From Candidatus Parcubacteria bacterium (lineage in GTDB: Bacteria; Patescibacteriota; Minisyncoccia; Phycocordibacterales; EsbW-18): DNA of 64,000 nucleotides. The notes below the pieces were generated by a model. It worked only from the letters and a program-made list of their open reading frames with translations, was not told where the DNA came from and made no database searches. The stretch's first letter is position 1; every line of letters begins with the position of its first letter. Shown here piece by piece: positions 19,437 to 27,816 of this stretch. The DNA is taken from contig JBDKFZ010000017.1 of NCBI GenBank assembly GCA_039798445.1, forward strand, positions 4,195 to 68,194, given 5' to 3'. Both the position numbers and the translations under genes were made by a program.

Positions 19437-19913
19437 ATGAAAACAGAGACCGCATACTTTGCCGCAGGATGTTTCTGGGGTGTTGAGGAGGCATTTCGCA
19501 CAACGCCGGGCGTCATGAGTACTGCTGTTGGGTTCATGGGCGGAACGCTCGACAATCCTTCATACAAAGCTGTTTGTGGTGGCGATACCGGACACGCTGA
19601 GACGACCGAGGTCGTATTCGATCCTGAGAAAATCTCGTACGAAGCCTTACTCGAAATGTTCTGGAAGATGCACGACCCAACGCAGGTAGACCGACAAGGA
19701 CCTGATTATGGATCGCAGTATCGTTCGGCAATCTTTACGACGACACCTGAACAAGAAACGAAGGCGATAGCATCAAAAGAGAACGAACAGAAAAATGGGG
19801 GACATGTGGCTCCCATTGCTACAGTAATTCAATCTGCACCGACGTTCTGGAAAGCTGAAGACTACCACCAGCAGTATTTCCTTAAGAATGGGGGAGGAGT
19901 CTGTCATATATAA
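19437..19913 (+). CDS. msrA: Peptide-methionine (S)-S-oxide reductase
   Basis: GCFWGVE, TGHAE, HDPT, QYRSAIF, AEDYHQQY. Confidence 0.96.
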   Translation: MKTETAYFAAGCFWGVEEAFRTTPGVMSTAVGFMGGTLDNPSYKAVCGGDTGHAETTEVVFDPEKISYEALLEMFWKMHDPTQVDRQGPDYGSQYRSAIFTTTPEQETKAIASKENEQKNGGHVAPIATVIQSAPTFWKAEDYHQQYFLKNGGGVCHI

Positions 19914-19970
19914 ATACCCAATTGGGAGCGGAGTACTCACCCAAATCACCTTGTGGTATAATGCTTCTCT

Positions 19971-21395
19971 ATGAATTGGATCAAAACCCACCGCCTTATT
20001 TCAGGCATTATCGCACTCGTTATTATCCTTATCCTTGGCTTCACCGTATTTGGGGGAGGTAATGGAGATCAAGAAGTCGTCACTGTCGAACGTCGTGATG
20101 TTACCGAAGCGGTACGTATCGCTGGTACCGTCGAAGCACGCATCGTGTCTGATCTCGGATTCGAGACATCCGGCATCGTTCGGGATGTTGCTGTTGATGT
20201 GAACGACGTCGTCTACCGCGGGCAGACGCTCGTGAGCCTCGGTCTTGGAACACTTGGTGCCGAACTCCAATCGGCACAGGCGGCTCTCGCTATCAAGCGC
20301 GCTGAACATGCGAACACAACAGTTAACATTGATGCCATCCGCGATAAGCAGGACACATTGGTCGCTAATGCTTACAGTGAGCTCCTCTCGAGTGATCTTG
20401 CTGCAGAGCCAAAGAGCTCTACCTATACACAGACACCTCCCATCATTAGCGGACGTTACAGCGGAAGCGAGGGAACCTACAAGTTCACCGTACGACCCGG
20501 AGCACAGGTAGGAAAAGCCGACCTCTTCGTTTTTGATGTAGAAGATGCTGAACCAATCGAAATAGAGAAGACAGGATCGACTCCGTTGGGTACCCGCGGT
20601 CTCTTTGTTACATTCCCAGGAAGCCCAACAGACTATCGAGACACAACATGGTATGTCGAGTTGCCAAACACAAAGTCTGACTTGTATGCCTCAAACTACA
20701 GCACGTATCAAGACGCCATCCGCGAACGTGGCCGCGCAATTGACGAAGCTGAGGCAGAGGTTCGTGCACAGACAACCGGTGCTTCCATCGCTGATGCAGA
20801 ACTTGCACAGGCAGAAGCCGAAGTCGCTCGCATCCAAGCGCTCATTGGTCAGCGCATTCTCACTGCGCCATTCAACGGTACCGTTGCATCGATTGATGTC
20901 GATCCGGGCGAATCAGTGAATGCGAACGATTCAGCTGTATCTGTCATCTCAAATGACGGCTTCGGTGTCGAGATTGATCTTCCCGAAGTTGATAGCGTCA
21001 AAGTACGCATCGGCAATCCGGTTTCCATCATGCTCGATGCTCTTGGCGAAGAAGTATTCACCGGTACGGTTGTATCAGTGAGCCGTAGTGAGACACTCGT
21101 TGATGGAGTTTCTGTCTACGAAGCACGCATCGCATTCGACAAAACTGATGACCGCATCTCTTCGGGTATGACGGCTGATGTTTCTATCGAAACAAACAAG
21201 CGTTCGGGCGTTCTCTCGGTGCCTGCTCGCGCCATCAAATACCGCGAAGACGGTACGCCATATGTTTTGCTCCGCAAAGCAGAAGGCGACAAGGGTGAAG
21301 AAAGGGAGATCGTCCTCGGCCTCCGCGGCAGTGACGGTTCAATGGAAGTAACCGCCGGTCTTTCCGAAGGAGATACCGTCATCATTGCCGAATAA
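19971..21395 (+). CDS. Efflux membrane-fusion (MacA-like adaptor) protein
   Basis: N-terminal TM, lipoyl half-motifs (LGFETSGIV; APFNGTV), GMTADV, GLSEGD. Confidence 0.85.
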   Translation: MNWIKTHRLISGIIALVIILILGFTVFGGGNGDQEVVTVERRDVTEAVRIAGTVEARIVSDLGFETSGIVRDVAVDVNDVVYRGQTLVSLGLGTLGAELQSAQAALAIKRAEHANTTVNIDAIRDKQDTLVANAYSELLSSDLAAEPKSSTYTQTPPIISGRYSGSEGTYKFTVRPGAQVGKADLFVFDVEDAEPIEIEKTGSTPLGTRGLFVTFPGSPTDYRDTTWYVELPNTKSDLYASNYSTYQDAIRERGRAIDEAEAEVRAQTTGASIADAELAQAEAEVARIQALIGQRILTAPFNGTVASIDVDPGESVNANDSAVSVISNDGFGVEIDLPEVDSVKVRIGNPVSIMLDALGEEVFTGTVVSVSRSETLVDGVSVYEARIAFDKTDDRISSGMTADVSIETNKRSGVLSVPARAIKYREDGTPYVLLRKAEGDKGEEREIVLGLRGSDGSMEVTAGLSEGDTVIIAE

Positions 21396-21410
21396 CCACG
21401 CAACGCAGGT

Positions 21411-22670
21411 ATGTTCAAAGACACGCTACGAGTAGGATTCATGCTCGGCTGGAAGCAGATTCGCCATGCGAGCAAATGGACGACAGGTCTCATCATCTTC
21501 ATCATGATGTTGACCTTCCTGAACCTTGTTGCTGTCTCGGGTATTCTTGTCGGTCTTATCGAGGGGTCAGTGAAGACATATGAAGACCAGTTCACTGGCA
21601 ATGTGTTCATCTCGACACTCACTGGTGAGAAGTCCATTGAGCAGTCGCCGAGCCTCATCTCGACACTCGAGACTATTCCTGGTGTTGCTTCGTATACAGC
21701 ACGCTACACCGGAGGAGTCACTGTCGAAGCGAATTACCGCGAGCGGCGCGATCCCAAGGCGCTTCGTGATAGCGTCGGCACTACCATCGTCGGTCTCGAT
21801 CCAACAATCGAGGATGATGTCACAGGTCTCTCGAAGAACATCGTTGAGGGTGAGTTCCTTACGAATCAAGATGGGGGATATGTGATGCTCGGGGCGAACC
21901 TCCTTGAACAATATTCTCCGCTCGGATCGGGGGATGATGTGGGCTATCCGACGCTCTCAAACATCAAACCAGGAAGTCGTGTTCGTATTACGGTTGGAGA
22001 TGCAACCAAGGAGTACATCGTCAAAGGTATTCTCAAGACCAAGGTCGATGAAATTTCTCGTCGTGTGTTTGTTACAAAAGGCGAATTTGTGCGCATCGCC
22101 GGTCGCACCGATCTCAACCTCAACGAAATCGCTATCCGTGCCGAAGAGGGATACGACCCAGCACTTATTAAGCGTGATCTTGTTGAAAGTGGAGCTAAGG
22201 ACATCGCTGTTGTCCGTCTCTCGCGCGAGGGCTTGCCGCAGTTCCTTCTTGACATGATTGATACGTTCGCGATGCTTGGTAACGGCATCAGCTCGGTTGG
22301 TCTCATTGTTTCGTCAATCACCATCTTCATCGTCATCTTCGTTAACGCAATTACACGCCGCAAGTACATCGGTATTCTCAAGGGTATCGGCGTGTCGGCA
22401 TCAGCAATTGAGCTCTCATACGTTATCCAGTCGCTTCTCTATGTGGCTGTCGGTTCAGCAATCGCCCTCTTTCTTATCTATGGTGTGATGGTGCCGTTCT
22501 TTAATGCACACCCAATCAACTTCCCATTCTCTGACGGTATCCTTGTTGCGCCACTTTCGGGCACAATCAAGAAGCTCGTTATTCTCGTCATTGCAACACT
22601 GTTGGCCGGTTACATCCCGGCGCGCATGATTGTGAAGCGTAATACGCTCGATGCCATTTTGGGTCGCTAA
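21411..22670 (+). CDS. ABC transporter permease (MacB/FtsX-like)
   Basis: TM, large loop, 3 TMs; IGILKGIG, GYIPAR. Confidence 0.88.
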   Translation: MFKDTLRVGFMLGWKQIRHASKWTTGLIIFIMMLTFLNLVAVSGILVGLIEGSVKTYEDQFTGNVFISTLTGEKSIEQSPSLISTLETIPGVASYTARYTGGVTVEANYRERRDPKALRDSVGTTIVGLDPTIEDDVTGLSKNIVEGEFLTNQDGGYVMLGANLLEQYSPLGSGDDVGYPTLSNIKPGSRVRITVGDATKEYIVKGILKTKVDEISRRVFVTKGEFVRIAGRTDLNLNEIAIRAEEGYDPALIKRDLVESGAKDIAVVRLSREGLPQFLLDMIDTFAMLGNGISSVGLIVSSITIFIVIFVNAITRRKYIGILKGIGVSASAIELSYVIQSLLYVAVGSAIALFLIYGVMVPFFNAHPINFPFSDGILVAPLSGTIKKLVILVIATLLAGYIPARMIVKRNTLDAILGR

Positions 22671-22679
22671 ATCCTATCT

Positions 22680-23372
22680 ATGATTGAAGTTAAAAATCTC
22701 ATAAAGAATTACGGAGAAGGCGAAGTCGTCACGCGCGTGTTGCGCGGTATCGACCTTACAATTCCTGCAGGGCAGTTTGTTGCGATCATGGGCAAGTCTG
22801 GAGCAGGAAAATCGACACTCATGTATCAAATGAGTCTTCTCGATCAGCCGACAGGAGGAAGTGTGATTCTTGATGGTGTTGTTACAGACGAGTTTGATGA
22901 AAAGGAACGCACAACGTTCCGTCTCAAGAAGCTCGGCTATATCTTCCAAGACTACGCGCTTTTGCCTGAGCTCAATGCGGTCGAGAATGTCGAAGTGCCG
23001 CTCCTCATGCTTGGTCTTACCAATGCAGAAGCGCGCGAGAAGGCAAGCAAGGGGCTCGAAGCTGTAGGTCTCGGTCATCGCCTCAACAACCGCCCGAGCC
23101 AGCTTTCGGGTGGTGAACAACAGCGCGTTTCAATTGCTCGTGCTATCGCCCAGAAGCCGGACATTCTCTTTGCCGACGAACCAACAGCGAGCCTCGACAG
23201 CGTATCGAGCGAAGACGTCATCAAGGTGATGCGCGATCTTCACGCCAAGGGTCAGACCATCGTTATGGTTACACACGAACCCGAATACGCTGCTTTTGCG
23301 GAGCGTGTTATCACGCTCGAAGACGGTCAGGTAGTTTCGGACAAGATGCAGATCGCGCGGACTGTCGTTTAG
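22680..23372 (+). CDS. ABC transporter ATP-binding protein (LolD/MacB-like)
   Basis: [27 protein letters not shown]. Confidence 0.95.
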   Translation: MIEVKNLIKNYGEGEVVTRVLRGIDLTIPAGQFVAIMGKSGAGKSTLMYQMSLLDQPTGGSVILDGVVTDEFDEKERTTFRLKKLGYIFQDYALLPELNAVENVEVPLLMLGLTNAEAREKASKGLEAVGLGHRLNNRPSQLSGGEQQRVSIARAIAQKPDILFADEPTASLDSVSSEDVIKVMRDLHAKGQTIVMVTHEPEYAAFAERVITLEDGQVVSDKMQIARTVV

Positions 23373-23465
23373 TTTTATTTCCATACAAACGAAAACCCCA
23401 CCTCCGAAGGGGTCTTCGGTGATGGGGCGGGTTGGAAATCTCGACGGAACAGGAGGTCGGTCTGG

Positions 23466-23765
23466 CTAGCTGGTGAAAACTACCAGAGCGATGCCGGCGT
23501 TCACGAGCCAGGCTGCAAGGCACAGCATGCAGAACTCGCGGATCAGGATGGTCTTGATGATGAGCCACAGCGTGGCGATCGTCATGAGCGCCGCCAACGT
23601 GGTCGTCGTTTCAGGCAGCAACCACGCGCTGAGAATCATCACGATGTAACCGATGCCCCCGATGGGGGCCAAGTTCCAATGCTTGCTCCCGCACGTGCAC
23701 TCCTTTTCGAGGAGCAGCACGACGAACAGTCCAACGACCGACAAAACAGTGATGCCATATTCCAT
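23466..23765 (-). CDS. Small VKOR-like membrane protein with CxxC (paralogue 2)
   Basis: Four hydrophobic segments, loop ECTCG, FCMLCLAAW; GGGAGG SD. Confidence 0.65.
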   Translation of the reverse strand: MEYGITVLSVVGLFVVLLLEKECTCGSKHWNLAPIGGIGYIVMILSAWLLPETTTTLAALMTIATLWLIIKTILIREFCMLCLAAWLVNAGIALVVFTS

Positions 23766-23784
23766 GACTCGTTCCTCCTAGAAG

Positions 23785-24081
23785 TTAGTGGCGGAATGCC
23801 ACGATGATGATGCCGATGTTCACGAACCACGAGAGGATGCACAACACGCACAGCTCCCGAAGTCGGATTGACTTGATGATGAGCCAAATGGTGACGACTA
23901 TCGTAATCACCGCGAGTCCCATCGTGACGCTCGGGAACTTTACTGTTGCGGCGATGATGATATAGCCGATGAAGCCCATCAGCGCCCACTCCGTCTTGCC
24001 ATTGTCGGAAGAAGCTTCCTTGACGAGGAACCACAAGGAGATGAGAAATCCGACGAGCGCGAGACCGACGATGTTCGACAT
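23785..24081 (-). CDS. Small VKOR-like membrane protein with CxxC (paralogue 1)
   Basis: Four hydrophobic segments, LCVLCILSW; GGAGAGG SD; similar to its neighbour (WLIIK..REx-CxxC). Confidence 0.65.
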   Translation of the reverse strand: MSNIVGLALVGFLISLWFLVKEASSDNGKTEWALMGFIGYIIIAATVKFPSVTMGLAVITIVVTIWLIIKSIRLRELCVLCILSWFVNIGIIIVAFRH

Positions 24082-24178
24082 GATTCCACCTCTCCTTCTA
24101 GGACTCGTGATGTGCGAGGATTCGCACCATCGTTTGTACAATTTGCTGGCGATAATATGCCAGAATTAGAGCCCTTGG

Positions 24179-24856
24179 TCAAGATTGAGTGATCGGCAAC
24201 GTGATTGCTACTTTTGTCCCGACTCCTTCGGTGCTTTCGATGGTGATGTGCCCTTTGTGAAGTTCAACAATCTTTTTGGTGATTGCCAAACCAAGTCCCG
24301 AACCAGATGCATGTTGTGTGGCGGGGCGCGTTCGATAGAAGCGCGTGAAGACATGCTGGAGTTCATCTTTTGGAATACCGATGCCGGTATCTTCGACCGA
24401 CAAACAACAACTCTTTCCTGTTTTTGTTAGTGATATCGATATCTCTCGTGGTCCCGAGACAGTGAGGTACTTCATACTGTTGCTCACCAAGTTGAGGAAT
24501 GCCTCGTCGATTTTTCCTGGTACGCCCTCGATGATAATTTCTGGGTGGATGTCTGAAGTGATTTTTACTCGACATGACCGTGCAACTGTCTCGACATAGT
24601 CGAGTGCTTCTATAATCCGTGCACTCAAGTCAAATTCTTTTTGGTTGATGGTTTCGAATCCTGTACCTGATCGTGCATACGCGAGAAGGTCACTCACCAT
24701 GGATGACATCGAATCGATGATCTCGTGGCACGCTTTAATCTCATCGGTACGCCGGGTCTTGGTGATGAGGGATAGCTGCGCTTTGAGGGCAGTAAGAGGA
24801 GTCTGAAGATCGTGGGCCACATCGTAGACGAGATTTGTCGGTTCCGGTGTGGTCAT
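24179..24856 (-). CDS. Histidine kinase without sensor or TM domain
   Basis: H-box AHDLQTPL, N-box NLVSNSMKY, DTGIGI, FTRFYR, GSGLGL. Confidence 0.92.
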   Translation of the reverse strand: MTTPEPTNLVYDVAHDLQTPLTALKAQLSLITKTRRTDEIKACHEIIDSMSSMVSDLLAYARSGTGFETINQKEFDLSARIIEALDYVETVARSCRVKITSDIHPEIIIEGVPGKIDEAFLNLVSNSMKYLTVSGPREISISLTKTGKSCCLSVEDTGIGIPKDELQHVFTRFYRTRPATQHASGSGLGLAITKKIVELHKGHITIESTEGVGTKVAITLPITQS

Positions 24857-24864
24857 AAGGGTGG

Positions 24865-25563
24865 TTAAGAGACCAACGAGAGCTTATACCCAGAGCCCGG
24901 CACGGTATGGATGAGGGGCGGGGAGTTTTTGAACTTAATCTTCCGTCGCAAGCTCATGATGTGCGCCTCGATGGTGTTTGAAAATGGATCGGTCATTTCG
25001 TCCCAGACATGTTCAAGAAGAAGGCCACGCGATACAACTGAATCTTGGTTGCGTATGAGATATTCGAGAAGCGCGAATTCTTTGCGGGTGAGATGTATCG
25101 AAGCTTTCCTGCGGGTGATTGTTCGAGCACGTGTGTCCATGGTGAGATCACCCACGGAGAGCACATCGCCCAAGAGTGCATGTGGGCGACGGAGGAGAGC
25201 GCGTACCCGCGCTATAACTTCGCGCAATACAAACGGCTTGCCGATGTAGTCATCAACTCCCGCTTCGAGAAGCTCTACCTTGGTGACAGGGTCAGCTTTT
25301 GCAGATATGGAAAGGATGGGAGTCTTCTTGCCAGCCATTCGGATGATGCGACACACTTCTCGGCCGTTCTTTTTGGGAAGCATCGTGTCGAGCAAAATGA
25401 TGTCGTAATCGTTGGTCGTGGCAGAAAAAGCCCCCGATTCTCCATCGGGGGCGATTTCAACCACAAGATTTTCACTCATAAGGGCGCTTTTGAGCGCCTC
25501 CGCTATGTAACAGTCATCTTCGATGATGAGAGCTCTCATAGGATTGGTTGAGGGTATATACAC
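24865..25563 (-). CDS. OmpR-family response regulator
   Basis: IIEDD, LLDTMLP, DDYIGKPF, LTRKEFALL, TVPGSGY; start may be MRALIIEDD. Confidence 0.93.
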   Translation of the reverse strand: MYIPSTNPMRALIIEDDCYIAEALKSALMSENLVVEIAPDGESGAFSATTNDYDIILLDTMLPKKNGREVCRIIRMAGKKTPILSISAKADPVTKVELLEAGVDDYIGKPFVLREVIARVRALLRRPHALLGDVLSVGDLTMDTRARTITRRKASIHLTRKEFALLEYLIRNQDSVVSRGLLLEHVWDEMTDPFSNTIEAHIMSLRRKIKFKNSPPLIHTVPGSGYKLSLVS

Positions 25564-25646
25564 CCCTTTTTGGGACGTGTAAAGAGTTTCTTTATAAATA
25601 TTTTATCTCGGGCGGGTGGTCGTATTGTGCGCTATACTGTTGAAAT

Positions 25647-26927
25647 ATGACCGAACAGGGCCCTAAAACGCATCACGTGGTGATTGTTGGAGCGGGTTTT
25701 GGCGGTATCTACGCGCTTCGCACGCTTCAGAAGCTCGCTCGGGCGGAAGATCGGATTGAGATTACACTCATCGACAAGAACGATTCCTTCGTCTTCATCC
25801 CGATGATTCACGAAGTCGCGACGGGATTGCTTCGTCCTGATTCGATTACGATGCCACTTCGGCTTTTCTCAAGCAGTCATGTTCGCAACATCATCCAAGG
25901 AACCGTGTCGAACGTCGACAACGACAAGAAGATTGTCACGGTCGCGCGATGTGAGGGAACAATCGAAGAGATATCATACGATTCACTCATCATCGCAACG
26001 GGTTCGATGACGAACTTTTTCGGCGTGCCGGGCGCCGCTGAACATTCGTTCCCGCTTCGTACGCTCGACGACGCTCGCCGTATTAAAAATCAGATTATCG
26101 CGACGTTTGATGCGGCAGATGAATATGTTGATCCTGCGGAACGCGAACGTCTCACGCGTTTTGTCATCGTTGGTGGGGGAGCCACGGGTGTCGAGATGGC
26201 GGCAGAGTTCGGGGAATGCCTTTGCGAAGAGCTCCCTGGACTTTTCCCACGCCTCAAAGGACACGGCGAAGTTGTAATTGTTGATCGAGGAGAGCGGCTC
26301 TTAGCTGAAGGGGACCCGTGGTTCTCACAGAAAGCCGAAGAGGCGCTTTTGCAGAAGCCGTGCACCAAGATTATGCACGAGACAGTTGTCGAAGAAGTGA
26401 CTCCCGACGGTGTAAAGACGAACAATGGCATCATTCGTTCGGCGACCGTCATCTGGTGTGCAGGTGTTGGGCCTTCATTACCATCGGTTTTGGCGAACAC
26501 AGCACCGGCATACGAAGAGCGAAGCAAACGACTTGTGGTGACGCCAGAGCTCAACACGGATGCGTACCCCGATGTGTTTGTTGTCGGAGATGCAGCAGCT
26601 GTTACCGACAAAGAGACGGGCAAGCCCTACGGTATGCGCGCGCAATTTGCTGTTCGACAAGGCACACATGCGGCCGAGAACATCATTGCGGGTCTTCGTG
26701 GTGAGGAGCTTCAACCGTTCTCATTCCGTGAACAAGGCTTTCTTGTGTCACTCGGCAAGTCAAAAGGCATCGCCAAGATTGGCTCAATGAAGTTTTCAGG
26801 CCGTACCGCGTGGGTTATCTATCACGTCGCATACATTCGATCGCTTGTTGGAATGCGCGCAAAGCTTCGAACGTTGCTTGATTGGACAATCAACTTGTTT
26901 GGTTCGCGTGATTTCTCGCGAGTCTAA
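25647..26927 (+). CDS. ndh: Type II NADH dehydrogenase (NDH-2) family flavoprotein
   Basis: GAGFGG, FGVPGA, GGGATGVEMAAE, VIWCAGV, VGDAA, AQFAVRQG, C-terminal amphipathic helices. Confidence 0.88.
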   Translation: MTEQGPKTHHVVIVGAGFGGIYALRTLQKLARAEDRIEITLIDKNDSFVFIPMIHEVATGLLRPDSITMPLRLFSSSHVRNIIQGTVSNVDNDKKIVTVARCEGTIEEISYDSLIIATGSMTNFFGVPGAAEHSFPLRTLDDARRIKNQIIATFDAADEYVDPAERERLTRFVIVGGGATGVEMAAEFGECLCEELPGLFPRLKGHGEVVIVDRGERLLAEGDPWFSQKAEEALLQKPCTKIMHETVVEEVTPDGVKTNNGIIRSATVIWCAGVGPSLPSVLANTAPAYEERSKRLVVTPELNTDAYPDVFVVGDAAAVTDKETGKPYGMRAQFAVRQGTHAAENIIAGLRGEELQPFSFREQGFLVSLGKSKGIAKIGSMKFSGRTAWVIYHVAYIRSLVGMRAKLRTLLDWTINLFGSRDFSRV

Positions 26928-26954
26928 AAACTTTTAGCTTCTAACCCTTATCCT

Positions 26955-27332
26955 ATGGAAATTCTTTACCTTATCGGTCGCATCGTCGTTGGTCTCTACT
27001 TCATCACGCACGGATATAACCACATTAAGCATAAAGCCAACATGGTCGGGTATGCACAGTCGCGCGGTATGAAGATGGCACCGAACATGGTCCTCATCTC
27101 AGGTATCGGCATCATGCTCGCTGGCGCGGGCCTCATCGTCGGCATCCTTCCCGAAGTGGCACTCATCGGTATGATTGTCTTCCTGGTTGCAGTGTCCGTG
27201 ATGGTTCACAGTTTCTGGAAAGATACCGATCCTGCTAAGCGCTCTCAGGAACGCACATCGTTCGAAGGTAATATTGCTCTCGCAGCCGCGCTTCTCATGG
27301 TTTTGTCGTTCGTGAGCGGCTGGGTTCTCTAG
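26955..27332 (+). CDS. DoxX family membrane protein
   Basis: LIGRIVVGLYFITHG, HSFW, NIALAAALL. Confidence 0.85.
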   Translation: MEILYLIGRIVVGLYFITHGYNHIKHKANMVGYAQSRGMKMAPNMVLISGIGIMLAGAGLIVGILPEVALIGMIVFLVAVSVMVHSFWKDTDPAKRSQERTSFEGNIALAAALLMVLSFVSGWVL

Positions 27333-27415
27333 AAAAACCTTTAATTGGCGAAGGGTTCTTCATCGCGCCGGATTGTGGTATTCTCCCAAAAGGAAAAACT
27401 ACAAGGAGACGCATT

Positions 27416-27739
27416 ATGGGAAACGTTGTGACCGTTGAAGTGCGCTCGAAGCTGGCCCAGCAGAAGCTTGCGCATGAATTTGAAGCCCGTGGAATTTCCG
27501 AGGAGGAGTATCTCTCTCGGCCTGAAGATGGAGAGAATACGACGTTCAAGATCCCACAGGACATGTGCGACTTACTTCTCACGGATTCGGATTTCCGGAG
27601 AGGTCTCGACTACAAGATTGTCGCCGGGACTGCCCGCCGGACCCGAAAGCATCCTAAGAGGGCTCGTCCGAAGCTCAAGAGGATGGTCACCAAAGGTTTG
27701 GTCACACGGGGCATTCCACCCCGTACACCGACCGCCTGA
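27416..27739 (+). CDS. Hypothetical protein with basic C-terminal tail (orphan cassette)
   Basis: AAGGAG SD, TG-n-TATTCT extended -10, downstream hairpin 27781-27803. Confidence 0.7.
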   Translation: MGNVVTVEVRSKLAQQKLAHEFEARGISEEEYLSRPEDGENTTFKIPQDMCDLLLTDSDFRRGLDYKIVAGTARRTRKHPKRARPKLKRMVTKGLVTRGIPPRTPTA

Positions 27740-27816
27740 CGTCCACTCCAAGTAGACCGTTCTTCATTGCTTAACGCGACAGGTCCCGCATATGGGACCT
27801 TTTGCTATACTGCTTC

